DNA from: an uncultured Lentisphaeria bacterium
GTDB taxonomy: Bacteria; Fidelibacterota; UBA8477; JABMPR01
DNA length: 64,000 bases
Assembly (NCBI GenBank): GCA_964454335.1
Contig: CAYVVT010000002.1
Span: forward strand, 211,436-275,435
Direction: 5' to 3'
The position numbers and the translations under genes were made by a program. Below, piece after piece: positions 16,340-25,815 of the stretch. A model generated the notes under the pieces. That model was given only the letters and a program-made list of their open reading frames with translations. It did no database searches and was not told the origin of the DNA. Positions within the stretch are counted from its first letter, which is position 1. Each line of letters begins with the position of its first letter.

Positions 16340-18622
16340 CTACTTATTCTCATTCTTCAATTCCTGATCCACTAAAAATCTTCGCCCGATGAGCGCCTGG
16401 CCCAGGGCAATGCCACCGTCATTGGTGGGTACCTGCGAATGGGTATATACCTCAAAATCCGCCCGTTCAAGTGCAGGAATAACATTCTCAAAGAGGAGCT
16501 GGTTCTGGAATACACCACCACTTAGCGCGACGCTATCAATACGATATTGCCGGCGGACCTTTCCGGCCAGATCCACCAGACCCTCCACCAGGGTCGCATG
16601 GAACCGTCGGCTGATCTCGGATAGGGTCAAGCCGTCCAGGATGTCATTGGCGATGGCCCTGATGAGTGGTTTGATTTTCCAGATAATGGCCGAATCTACT
16701 GTATCGAAGCAGCGATCATAGACCTCTGAATTCAGCTCCTGTCCCGCAGCCTGCATGAACTCGATGGCGGCCTGGGCTTCGTAACGAATCTCCTGCCTGC
16801 CGCCGCTCATAGCTGCCACGGCATCAAATAAGCGGCCCATACTGCTGGTGAGGACGGTCTGGAACTCGCGCTCCACCATCGTGCTCACCGCTTCGCAGTC
16901 ATGCTCCTGCAGGAATGGCAGATCAGGAACCTTTCCGTCAAAAGCCTGATGCAGGTAGGCATAGGCTATCCGCCAGGGCGCACGGATGGCGGCGTCGCCC
17001 CCGGGTAGCAGTAATGGTTCAAGATGCGCAGCTCGCTCGAAGCCATCGTAATCACCCACCAAGATCTCTCCACCCCAGATGGTTCCATCAATTCCATAGC
17101 CGGTACCGTCCAGAATGAGACCGATGACTGGCTCTTCCAGCTTGTTCTCCGCCATACAGGCTGCAAGATGAGCATGGTGGTGCTGGACTGCAAGACGGGG
17201 AATTCCTTCCTGCTGCTCCGCCCACTGCGTGGACAGATAGCGTGGGTGCATGTCGTGAACGATAAGCTCTGCAGAGCTCTCGAAGATCCTTTGGAGGTGA
17301 TCGGCGGTCAGCTTGAAAAAATCGTAGGCTTCAAGGTTTTCCAGGTCACCGATATGCTGACTCAGGAATGCGAAACGGTCTTTCAGCAAGCAGACTGTGT
17401 TCTTGAGCTCACCGCCTACCGCCAGGACAGATGGGCCGTCACTCTGTACAAACACGGGACGGGGTGCGAATCCCCGGCTGCGGCGGATTGACCGTATCAC
17501 ACCTGCAAGTTCGATGCTTACCGAATCATCCGTTCTCAGATAGATATCACGATTATGCAGCAGAAAATGGTCAGCCATACCGGAAAGTCTCGTAATCGCT
17601 TCATCGTTGTCGATGCATATGGGCTCTTCACTGTAGTTGGCGCTGGTCATCACCAGGATATCCGGTCCATGTGTCATGAGCAGGTGATGCAGTGGCGTAT
17701 AGGGCAGCATGATCCCCAGGCGGTCATTTCCCGGGGCCACCGATGGTGCCACCGCATTCGAATCCTTATGCCGCAGCAGAATGATCGGAGCCTGTATGGA
17801 TCGGAGCTGGCGTTCCTCCTGTTCACTCACATTGACAAGCCTGCGAAAAACGGCCATATCCTTCACCATAAGCGCAAAGGGTTTCTCCTCACGGCCTTTC
17901 GTCTCCCGCAGGCGGTTGACTGCGGCATCGTCACGGGCATCAACTGCCAGATGAAAGCCTCCCAGGCCCTTGATGGCAAGGATCATTCCCGTTCCCAGCA
18001 AACGCGCGGCTTCTGCGACAGGATCGACATCCTCCATCTTCTCACCCTGGTCATCGGTCAGCCAGACATGCGGTCCGCAGATGTGACAGGCATTGGGCTG
18101 GGCATGGAATCTTCTGTCCTGAGGGTCCTCGTATTCCCTGAGACATTCTGGACAGAGCTCAAAATGACGCATGGAGGTAAAGGGCCGATCGTAGGGGATA
18201 TTCTGAATGATGGTATAACGGGGACCGCAATTGGTGCAATTGATGAAAGGGTAGAGGTGGCGTCGATCGGAAGGATCGAACATCTCCCGTCGACAGTCCT
18301 CGCAGATCGCCACATCCGGTGAGATCAGGGTGCTTACTGTGACATTCGAGGAAGAGGGGATGATCCTGAAATCATCCTCGTCCTTAACAGTCATCGATTC
18401 CGATCCGATCTCGGCAATGACCGCCAGAGGAGGTGCTTCCTGCTCCAGTGTATCCACGAAACGCTGTACATTGCCGGGCTTCCCCTGAATCTCCACCAAC
18501 ACCCCCTGAGCGGTATTGCTGACCTCTCCAGTAAGCTCAAGCTGTTTTGCGAAGTTGAAAACAAAGGGTCGGAAACCGACCCCCTGGACAATGCCATTGA
18601 TATGTACTCTAAGACGTTCCAA
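16340..18622 (-). CDS. hypF: carbamoyltransferase HypF
   Basis: Acylphosphatase domain, two CxxC...CxxC zinc-finger pairs, YrdC-like and Kae1-like C-terminal domains; 760 aa. Confidence 0.9.
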   Translation of the reverse strand: MERLRVHINGIVQGVGFRPFVFNFAKQLELTGEVSNTAQGVLVEIQGKPGNVQRFVDTLEQEAPPLAVIAEIGSESMTVKDEDDFRIIPSSSNVTVSTLISPDVAICEDCRREMFDPSDRRHLYPFINCTNCGPRYTIIQNIPYDRPFTSMRHFELCPECLREYEDPQDRRFHAQPNACHICGPHVWLTDDQGEKMEDVDPVAEAARLLGTGMILAIKGLGGFHLAVDARDDAAVNRLRETKGREEKPFALMVKDMAVFRRLVNVSEQEERQLRSIQAPIILLRHKDSNAVAPSVAPGNDRLGIMLPYTPLHHLLMTHGPDILVMTSANYSEEPICIDNDEAITRLSGMADHFLLHNRDIYLRTDDSVSIELAGVIRSIRRSRGFAPRPVFVQSDGPSVLAVGGELKNTVCLLKDRFAFLSQHIGDLENLEAYDFFKLTADHLQRIFESSAELIVHDMHPRYLSTQWAEQQEGIPRLAVQHHHAHLAACMAENKLEEPVIGLILDGTGYGIDGTIWGGEILVGDYDGFERAAHLEPLLLPGGDAAIRAPWRIAYAYLHQAFDGKVPDLPFLQEHDCEAVSTMVEREFQTVLTSSMGRLFDAVAAMSGGRQEIRYEAQAAIEFMQAAGQELNSEVYDRCFDTVDSAIIWKIKPLIRAIANDILDGLTLSEISRRFHATLVEGLVDLAGKVRRQYRIDSVALSGGVFQNQLLFENVIPALERADFEVYTHSQVPTNDGGIALGQALIGRRFLVDQELKNENK

Positions 18623-18644
18623 GCGGTTCAGGCCCGGGTAATGC

Positions 18645-19412
18645 TCATGTTGATTTGACCTGGTCTTTCAGCCAATCCAGCCAGGTGTCAAGCCCTTCAC
18701 CCGTGGTGGCGCTGACTTCGAAGAATTCCAGGTGATGGTTCACCTGCAAGGCGTACTCTTTGCATTTTTCCAGGTCGAATTCCACATAGGGCAGCAGATC
18801 GATCTTGTTGATGATACAGATCCCGGCGGCATCGAACATGGTTGGATACTTCTGGGGTTTGTCCTCGCCTTCTGTTACCGAGATCACTACCACTTTCATG
18901 GCTTCCCCGAGATCAAATAGTGCCGGACACACCAGGTTACCGACATTCTCAATGAACAGGAGCGAGTTGTCAACCGGTTCGATGACCTTTAGCGCACGGT
19001 TCACCATGTCGGCGTCCAGATGGCAGCCGGTACCGGTATTGACCTGAACCACGGGAGCACCGGTGGCCTCCACCCGTTCCGCATCCCGCAGGGTTTGCTG
19101 GTCACCCTCGACGACGCTGCAGTCGATCTCATCCCTGATGGCTGTAATGGTCTTTTCCAGCAGGGTGGTCTTCCCTGAACCGGGACTGCTCACCAGGTTC
19201 AGCGCCGTGATATTTTTCGCTTCGAAATATCCGCGGTTCCGTTCGGCAAGAAGATTGTTCTTGCCCAGCACATCCCGCTCGACGTTGATCTCATGCCTGT
19301 GATCATGATCGTGGTCATGGTCATGTGGATATTCGTGATCGTGGTGGTGCTCGCCGGGTTTACGAATGGTCACCGCATCATCGGGTTGTCCGCAGCCGCA
19401 TGTATCACACAT
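18645..19412 (-). CDS. hypB: hydrogenase nickel incorporation GTPase HypB
   Basis: N-terminal CxxCGC motif, His-rich tract (HHHDHEYPHDHDHDHDHRH), P-loop GSGKTT. Confidence 0.9.
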   Translation of the reverse strand: MCDTCGCGQPDDAVTIRKPGEHHHDHEYPHDHDHDHDHRHEINVERDVLGKNNLLAERNRGYFEAKNITALNLVSSPGSGKTTLLEKTITAIRDEIDCSVVEGDQQTLRDAERVEATGAPVVQVNTGTGCHLDADMVNRALKVIEPVDNSLLFIENVGNLVCPALFDLGEAMKVVVISVTEGEDKPQKYPTMFDAAGICIINKIDLLPYVEFDLEKCKEYALQVNHHLEFFEVSATTGEGLDTWLDWLKDQVKST

Positions 19413-19460
19413 AAGCGTGTCCTTTGTTGGTCGTCAGAAACTCTCAGAGAGTTTGCTATG

Positions 19461-19805
19461 TCAATCTTCGACGGTGATACTGGCAACGCGCAGTTCCCGT
19501 CCCTGTACGATCTCCACCCGGAAACCGGAGCATTCGGGGCAGATCGTGATAAAGTTATCCACTTCAAAAGCAGTGCCACAATCCTGGCATTCACCCTTGC
19601 CAGGTAATTCATTCACCAGGAGTTCTGCATCTTCCGCCCGGGTGTCCTTGCTGGCGGCACTGAAACAGAATTGCAGTGAATCCACCAGGACGCCTGCCAG
19701 CTTGCCCACATCAAGTTGAATGCTCTCGATCTTTACAGCTCCGCCTGCTTCAGCTTCACGGCTGGCAATATCAATGACACTCATGGCGATGGACATCTCG
19801 TGCAT
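19461..19805 (-). CDS. hypA: hydrogenase nickel insertion protein HypA
   Basis: MHEMSIA N-terminus and two CxxC zinc-site pairs (CQDC...CPEC). Confidence 0.85.
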   Translation of the reverse strand: MHEMSIAMSVIDIASREAEAGGAVKIESIQLDVGKLAGVLVDSLQFCFSAASKDTRAEDAELLVNELPGKGECQDCGTAFEVDNFITICPECSGFRVEIVQGRELRVASITVED

Positions 19806-19812
19806 GGGCGAC

Positions 19813-22239
19813 CTAATTCAGAATGACCGAAACCAGCGTGACAAGATCCTGAACATTGGTCTGTCCATCAAGATTATGATCCGCAGCCAGGGCTGCATCA
19901 CCTGTGAGAACGCTCTCTCCGAGAATATGTGCAACCAGCAGAATGATGTCCTGGATATTCAGAACGGCATCAAAATTCACATCACCCGGCATGATCCCGC
20001 TGCCGCCGGCGACAAAGATACGAACGTCGTCTACAGCAGCCTCCACCAAGGAGCCCAGGTCCTGGTCGTGAGCGATGAACCTCAGCTGGATCTGAGTGGG
20101 ATTCTCAAAATAGCGCTTCAGAACGAATTGTTTTTCCTGCCAGTAGTTTGCAGCCTCTATGGTGAATTCAAGATCCAGCCAATCGCTACTGCCATTTTTG
20201 ATCTGGACGCGCCAGGGATCGGATCCCGGATTGAATCCCAGGTCATTGGTGAACCAGCGCCAGTAGCTCAGCACCGGAAAGGTCCCACCCGGGATATTGA
20301 ACACCGGTGATTCCAGCGTGGTGGGACCATAATCCACATCGTTCTCCCCGGAATTATCGCCATCAAAGGGCGCGTTACCCGTCACAAAGCATAAGGTTCC
20401 CGGATCGCTGTGATCATCCTCCGGCTGCACCGGTACACCATCCTCGTAGGTCCCGATGGGATCCACACGTTCCCACACACCGGATTCGGCCGCATCCCCG
20501 GCGATTCCGAGGCTCCACCCCAGATCCTCTTCAGCATCATCGTAAGCAAGGGTAGTGAAATGTCCCATACCGCCTACGAGGAAGAAGAAGGGCAGATCCG
20601 GTGCGCTGACGGGATGATAGACCTCATTGCCCTCTGAGTCGTGGGCGTGGATATAGTACTCCACCACTGTGCCGCCCGGTTGTGCCGGGATGAAGCCCAG
20701 CCAGTCGTCTCCATCGGTATTCGTCATACCCACGTGCGTGTAGGCGCTGCCACTGAGGGCATAGTACAGATCAACGGTCAAACCGTCTGGTTCACCGCTG
20801 AAGATCGTAGCCTGTATCTCATAATCATTGGCCTGGTCGATGGTATTCTCCATGGGATCATGGCTGATCTGGAAGGCGGTGAGGGCTTTGAATGCGTTCA
20901 CCCGGTTTCCCATCTGCAGATTGCCTACATAATCACCATCCAGCAAACGCTCTTCCGTTGCAGCAGCATCGATACCGGGGAAGTGGGCCCTGATAAGTGC
21001 TCCGACACCTGCCGCCAGGGGAGTGGCCATGGATGTACCGTCCCAGGCCTGATAATTACTGTTATGGGCCGGATTATCAGGATCTGTACAACTCCAGATC
21101 CCGGTACCCGGTGCACACATGTCCACCCAGCTGCCGTAATTCGAGAAACTGGCGCGGCCATCACTGACGTTGGTGGCACCAACGCACACCGTACCTGAGT
21201 TCGCGCCGGGGTAGTGGGCAGTAGAGGAACCGTCATTCCCTGAGGCAAACAACACGACAGCATCCTGCACGTTGCGTGCGTATAGGATGGCATCCTGGAT
21301 GGTACTGGAATTGCCACCGCCGCCCCAGCTGTTGCTGAGGATCTGGGCACCATTATCAGCAGCGTAGATGATGGCATCAGCACAGACATCGTCCCAGGCG
21401 TTGGGGAAGATCTTGACACCCATGATCAGGGAGTGGTGCGACATACCCGCCACACCGGCACCATTGTCCGTCACAGCGGCAGCGATACCGGCACAATGTG
21501 TACCATGATCCTCGGCATTCCAGGGATGCCAGCCCCAGTCATGGTTGATATTCGGATCATCGTTGGTGTTGGATTCGGAACCGGAAAAATCATAACCATA
21601 GTAATCGTCCGCGACACCATTACCATCATCATCCAGACCATTGCCCTCGATCTCATTCGCGTTGATCCACAGGTTGTCCACCAGATCGGGATGGTCCGTG
21701 TCCACACCGGTATCGATGATGGCCACGATAATGCTGTCACTACCCGTCTCGATATCCCAGGCTGCCGCTGATTCGATGGTACTGTGGTGCCAGCTGGAAG
21801 AGTAGTAGGGATCATTCGGAATGAATTCAGTCTCATAGAGTTCCCGGAGATAGATCGGCTCTGCATATTCAATATCCCCGATATCGCTCAGGGCTCTCGA
21901 TAGTGTTGAAACGTTCTGATCCCTGTCGAATTCGACCACATACACACGATTGAGGCCATAAGGATCTTCCCCGGCACGCTTCAGATCAGGGAATGCCTTC
22001 ATTGCGCTACTGGCCGACTGGTTGAGCAGGATCGCATCCAGGTTGACCAATCCCAGCAGACCGGATGTCAGATCGCGATTCAATTCTGCGCTTTCGGTGA
22101 GCTTGACAAACATCTTGCGTGGATGTTCGGCGGCCTGTTCCTGGCCGAGAAGCATAGAATTCAGGAAGATGATCAGGAATAATATGTTCAAGAGAGATCG
22201 GTGCAACATGGTGATCCTCGTATGTACAGGTTGTTTCAT
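19813..22239 (-). CDS. secreted subtilisin-like serine peptidase (S8) with C-terminal dockerin-like module
   Basis: Catalytic triad motifs AIIDTGVDTDH (Asp), HGTHCAGIAA (His), GTSMATPLAAG (Ser). C-terminal ~60 aa carry two 12-residue calcium-loop-like repeats (DVNFDAVLNIQD, DHNLDGQTNVQD), each followed by a hydrophobic helix. Confidence 0.85.
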   Translation of the reverse strand: MKQPVHTRITMLHRSLLNILFLIIFLNSMLLGQEQAAEHPRKMFVKLTESAELNRDLTSGLLGLVNLDAILLNQSASSAMKAFPDLKRAGEDPYGLNRVYVVEFDRDQNVSTLSRALSDIGDIEYAEPIYLRELYETEFIPNDPYYSSSWHHSTIESAAAWDIETGSDSIIVAIIDTGVDTDHPDLVDNLWINANEIEGNGLDDDGNGVADDYYGYDFSGSESNTNDDPNINHDWGWHPWNAEDHGTHCAGIAAAVTDNGAGVAGMSHHSLIMGVKIFPNAWDDVCADAIIYAADNGAQILSNSWGGGGNSSTIQDAILYARNVQDAVVLFASGNDGSSTAHYPGANSGTVCVGATNVSDGRASFSNYGSWVDMCAPGTGIWSCTDPDNPAHNSNYQAWDGTSMATPLAAGVGALIRAHFPGIDAAATEERLLDGDYVGNLQMGNRVNAFKALTAFQISHDPMENTIDQANDYEIQATIFSGEPDGLTVDLYYALSGSAYTHVGMTNTDGDDWLGFIPAQPGGTVVEYYIHAHDSEGNEVYHPVSAPDLPFFFLVGGMGHFTTLAYDDAEEDLGWSLGIAGDAAESGVWERVDPIGTYEDGVPVQPEDDHSDPGTLCFVTGNAPFDGDNSGENDVDYGPTTLESPVFNIPGGTFPVLSYWRWFTNDLGFNPGSDPWRVQIKNGSSDWLDLEFTIEAANYWQEKQFVLKRYFENPTQIQLRFIAHDQDLGSLVEAAVDDVRIFVAGGSGIMPGDVNFDAVLNIQDIILLVAHILGESVLTGDAALAADHNLDGQTNVQDLVTLVSVILN

Positions 22240-22449
22240 GAACTTCAGACCTATACAATAAGCCTGAAGGACCCATTTTCAATTCGAAATCACGTCGTGA
22301 TATGAACGTTAAGCGTTTGGCCGCAACTCAATTCTGGGAAAAAAAGACCCTGCAACCATTGCTGGTGAGCAGGATCGAATGACTAATCCGATTTTTGGGA
22401 ATGATGCATAGGGCAGCTATCCAGAGCTTGATCGCCCCGATCGTTCAAA

Positions 22450-22498
22450 CACCCAACACCTAACGCCTAACACCTAACACCTAACACCTAACTCCTAA
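22450..22498. repeat. seven tandem copies of a heptamer (consensus CACCTAA on plus; TTAGGTG on the minus-strand transcript)
   Basis: Units CACCCAA, CACCTAA, CGCCTAA, CACCTAA x3, CTCCTAA are contiguous; the array overlaps the stop codon (22495-22497) of the rhodanese-like gene. Confidence 0.85.
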
Positions 22499-23118
22499 CA
22501 TCCCCCCGCAGGAGCCTTCTTCTTCGGTCTGCGCTTGATGGGTGGTTTCTTGGCAGTGGATTTCGTGTCAGCCTCTTTGGTAACGGCGTTGCCTCCGCCA
22601 AAAAAGCCGCTGGCACCCTTCTGGAATTCATAACGGGCCAGTTCTTCGTCAGGTGAGCTTGCGGCAGGTGCCTGGGGATTCATTATGGTGTCGAACCAGT
22701 AGTTCAGCCCGCCCTGAAGGACGTAGTTGTTCTCATATCCCAGTTGCCGCAGGATCATCCAGGTCTGATGGGCATAAAGGGAGCCGTTGGAATAGAGGAT
22801 GTTCATCTTGACGTCCTGATCGGTTATGTCAGCATACTCTTCGTTCAGGACCTCGGTAAACGGGATATTGATCGCACCGTCCAGATGGAACTTGTCATAC
22901 TCTTCAGGTGTGCGGACATCAATGAGCTGTATGGAAGGATCACGTGTGATGATCCAGTGCGCCAGATCCTCAGGTTGGATCATCTCTGCACCGTATTGGA
23001 CTTCGGTCAACATCTCTGCAGCACCCAGCCTGTAGGGCGTCGTCGTATTCTCGGGAACCATGGCGATGACCAGGCCCAGGGTCAGGATTGCCAGGAAGAT
23101 CAGATTACGCGGGTTCAT
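22495..23118 (-). CDS. rhodanese-like domain protein with basic C-terminal tail ending in Cys
   Basis: Start taken at ATG 23118 (signal/TM MNPRNLIFLAILTLGLVIAMV). Rhodanese fold motifs (IDVRTPEEY..., ...QGGLNYW); the expected active-site Cys position reads Ser (LYSNGS). Confidence 0.65.
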   Translation of the reverse strand: MNPRNLIFLAILTLGLVIAMVPENTTTPYRLGAAEMLTEVQYGAEMIQPEDLAHWIITRDPSIQLIDVRTPEEYDKFHLDGAINIPFTEVLNEEYADITDQDVKMNILYSNGSLYAHQTWMILRQLGYENNYVLQGGLNYWFDTIMNPQAPAASSPDEELARYEFQKGASGFFGGGNAVTKEADTKSTAKKPPIKRRPKKKAPAGGC

Positions 23119-23119
23119 A

Positions 23120-23740
23120 TCAGTACTCCTCTCTGGGGAATCTGCGTTCCGCCCATTCAGCCATGAAGAACATGGCGATAGCGACCAGAATGACCAGCAG
23201 GCTGAACACACCGCCGGAAATACCCAGAACCGCCGGGACTTTCAGCCCACCCAGTGCTTTGGCCATATGCAGGTCCTGCCACAGAGGGTATCCTTCAGCG
23301 AAAATAAAGATCCCGATGAAGAGCCCGGCAATGAATACCATGGCATCCAGCTTGCCGATGGCTGCGGCACAGAAGCTTGTTCCCGGACAGAAACCGCCGA
23401 TAATGAATCCGGCACCCATGATCACACCGCCGATGATGGTGGACCACAGATAGGTCGGGTTCACATAGACCAGGCTCAGGTCGATCCAGCCAAAGAGGCT
23501 GAAGTAGAGCAGACCCAGCATGGCCGTGATGGCGGCGGTGAAGAATACTTTCAATACGACAGTGTCATATCCATAGAAGATGCCTGCGAGTTTACGGCTG
23601 GAAGAGAAACCTGCCTGCTCCAGTACGAAACCAAATCCAATTCCAATAGCAAATGCGATGAACAGGTCCCAGTTCAATGCTATGATCTCTTGTGGTACGA
23701 GTGGTCCCATCCTAGACTCCGATCCAGTTACGACGAACAA
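23120..23740 (-). CDS. YeeE/YedE-family sulfur-compound transporter, second half-gene
   Basis: Sulfur-transport-domain motif IIGGFCPGTS; multi-TM. Confidence 0.7.
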   Translation of the reverse strand: MFVVTGSESRMGPLVPQEIIALNWDLFIAFAIGIGFGFVLEQAGFSSSRKLAGIFYGYDTVVLKVFFTAAITAMLGLLYFSLFGWIDLSLVYVNPTYLWSTIIGGVIMGAGFIIGGFCPGTSFCAAAIGKLDAMVFIAGLFIGIFIFAEGYPLWQDLHMAKALGGLKVPAVLGISGGVFSLLVILVAIAMFFMAEWAERRFPREEY

Positions 23741-24227
23741 AATAGGCCAGTGCGAAGGCGGTTCCGAAAATGGCCATCATCGAGATAAATCCTGCTACTG
23801 ACAGGACTGCCATGCCCGTGAGGGCCGAGCCACTGGTACAACCTCGACCCAACTGGGAGCCAAAGCCGAAAAGGATCCCCCCGGCTGCTGCAAATATGAG
23901 TCTGCGGTTTGCGCTGATACCGGGAAAATGTTCGATCTTCATCTTGAGGCGGCCAGAGAGAGCACCGGACAAGAATCCACCGATGAGCACTCCCAGCATC
24001 TCGAAAACCAGCCACGTTTTCAGCGGTGATTTACCCTCACCAACATATTTGCTGTAGTAGACGGAGTTCGAAGTGTGTTCCGGAGCAACAGTTTCCACCC
24101 CGGCCACGATGGCGCTCTTAACTGCACCGCTTGCGCCCAATCCTCTGCCAGAGAAGAAAAAGGCCAGCAGCAGGACCGTTCCCAGCAGCACACCTGCCAC
24201 ATAGGGATTCATATACTTGGTTTTCAA
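23712..24227 (-). CDS. YeeE/YedE-family sulfur-compound transporter, first half-gene
   Basis: Motif GSQLGRGCTSGSALTG; multi-TM; overlaps the downstream half-gene by 29 nt. Confidence 0.7.
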   Translation of the reverse strand: MKTKYMNPYVAGVLLGTVLLLAFFFSGRGLGASGAVKSAIVAGVETVAPEHTSNSVYYSKYVGEGKSPLKTWLVFEMLGVLIGGFLSGALSGRLKMKIEHFPGISANRRLIFAAAGGILFGFGSQLGRGCTSGSALTGMAVLSVAGFISMMAIFGTAFALAYFVRRNWIGV

Positions 24228-24328
24228 AATTCCACCCTTTCAAGATCGTGATTCGTGAATGGTGACTCATGATGCGATTGGGTCACAGATCCACCTGTAA
24301 TTATTAATTCTTTCTGCCTCATTATTCC

Positions 24329-25270
24329 CTAATACAGCCATCTACTCGCCTGTCCGGCTTCCACAACGATGAACCTGAGGGCCAGGTTACCCATGATGAT
24401 GAGGAAGAAGGGCACGATGGCCGGAATGAATTTCTTGCGCAGTTCCAGGATCTCAAGCAAGGCCGGGAACAGCAGTCCCAGACCCACGACAAAGACCCAG
24501 AAGGATACGGTATATTCACCACCCAGGAACATCTCCGCAGCCTGGATATGGACCTCCGTACCGGAAAGAAATCCCATGAACATATGTACAATGAGGAAGA
24601 TCTCGATCCCGATGAGGATCACATCGATCCGTGCAAACCGCCGTTTCTCCTTATGGTCTTTGGAGAAGAATGCGTTGATGGCCGCTGCTGCGGACAGACC
24701 GCTGGTGAGAAACAACGGACCGAGTATGGCTGTATTCCAGAAGGGCCGGGCGTTAAATGCGGATAAAAGGATGCCAGTATACATACCCAGGATGACAGCG
24801 AGTAGGATAAGTGCATAGGCCAACAGGTCACGCTTCGATCTCGCCCAGTTCACGACTGCTTTGACTTCCTTGATCTTCCAATCCCATTTGGGGAAGAGCT
24901 CCTCGATCCAGATCGCGCACCACAGAATGGAGAGAGGTGTGATGAGCGTCAGAGTCCAGGCACCCCAAGACATGGGGCTTTCCCAGCGGATGTTGGTGAA
25001 CAGCTGCCAGAAATACCAGAAGTGGCTGAGGTCCAGCAACAGGGCCAGCAATCCTACTCCGATCAGTACCGGAACTGCCAGTGGTGTTATCTTCACAGCC
25101 GTTGGGTATCTGTCAGCCTTCCCCCGAACTGTGAACCACGCTGAAAAGATGAGTAATCCTGCTGAAATACCTCCCAGGAATAAATAGAAGGGGATCTCCC
25201 AGCCCCAGACGTGCAGGATGGGATCGATCTCGGGATTCATGCGGCCACTGGTGATGATTTCTTCGATCAT
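24329..25270 (-). CDS. NrfD/PsrC-type integral membrane subunit of the molybdopterin oxidoreductase
   Basis: About 8 TM helices; start taken at ATG 25270 (the track extension would overlap the ferredoxin subunit). Confidence 0.7.
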   Translation of the reverse strand: MIEEIITSGRMNPEIDPILHVWGWEIPFYLFLGGISAGLLIFSAWFTVRGKADRYPTAVKITPLAVPVLIGVGLLALLLDLSHFWYFWQLFTNIRWESPMSWGAWTLTLITPLSILWCAIWIEELFPKWDWKIKEVKAVVNWARSKRDLLAYALILLAVILGMYTGILLSAFNARPFWNTAILGPLFLTSGLSAAAAINAFFSKDHKEKRRFARIDVILIGIEIFLIVHMFMGFLSGTEVHIQAAEMFLGGEYTVSFWVFVVGLGLLFPALLEILELRKKFIPAIVPFFLIIMGNLALRFIVVEAGQASRWLY

Positions 25271-25281
25271 GTATTCGATCC

Positions 25282-25815
25282 TTACAGGAGATAATAGACT
25301 TTTGGTTTGGTGCCGGCTTCGGGTATCAGGGTCTTCCACTTCCGGGTAGCCAGCAGCTTGGAGATCGTACTGTTGGGATCGTCAATATCCCCGAAGGTCA
25401 TACATTTTGTCGGACACACTGCCACGCAGGCGGGATCCATCCCATCCTGCACCCGGTGGAGACAGAACGTGCACTTATCGATATAGCCTTCCGGATGTAC
25501 GAAGCGGGCGTCATATGGACAGCTGGCGATACAGGCTTTGCAGCCGATGCATTCATGGGGATCCACCATGACTGTCCCACCATCAGAATAGTGGCTGGCC
25601 TTCGTGGGGCAGGTGCGTACGCAGGGAGCGGACGCGCAGTGGTTACAGCGTTCGGACCGGATCTCCATGCTCAATTCAGGATAAGTGCCCACCGTTTTTT
25701 CGACGATCCAGTCCCGGCAATAGCCCAGGGGCACATCGTTCTCGGTCTGGCAGGCGACGACACAGTCACTGCAGCCGACGCATTTACGGGTGTCGATGGT
25801 CATTGCATACCTCAT
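25282..25815 (-). CDS. 4Fe-4S ferredoxin-type electron-transfer subunit (PsrB/PhsB-like)
   Basis: Four Cys clusters of the CxxCxxCxxxCP type. Confidence 0.8.
   Translation of the reverse strand: MRYAMTIDTRKCVGCSDCVVACQTENDVPLGYCRDWIVEKTVGTYPELSMEIRSERCNHCASAPCVRTCPTKASHYSDGGTVMVDPHECIGCKACIASCPYDARFVHPEGYIDKCTFCLHRVQDGMDPACVAVCPTKCMTFGDIDDPNSTISKLLATRKWKTLIPEAGTKPKVYYLL

Noticed and set aside
13676-22239. [NiFe]-hydrogenase structural genes adjacent to the hyp operon
   Set aside because: Looked for large-subunit (RxCGxC...DPCxxC) and small-subunit signatures on both flanks; none found within the window.
22450-22498. Heptamer array considered as a CRISPR array
   Set aside because: Units are 7 nt with no spacers and no cas genes nearby; it is a simple tandem repeat.
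23060-23788. 242-aa + strand ORF across the YeeE/YedE and rhodanese region
   Set aside because: Antisense to two transporter half-genes that carry the family GxGCxxG motifs.
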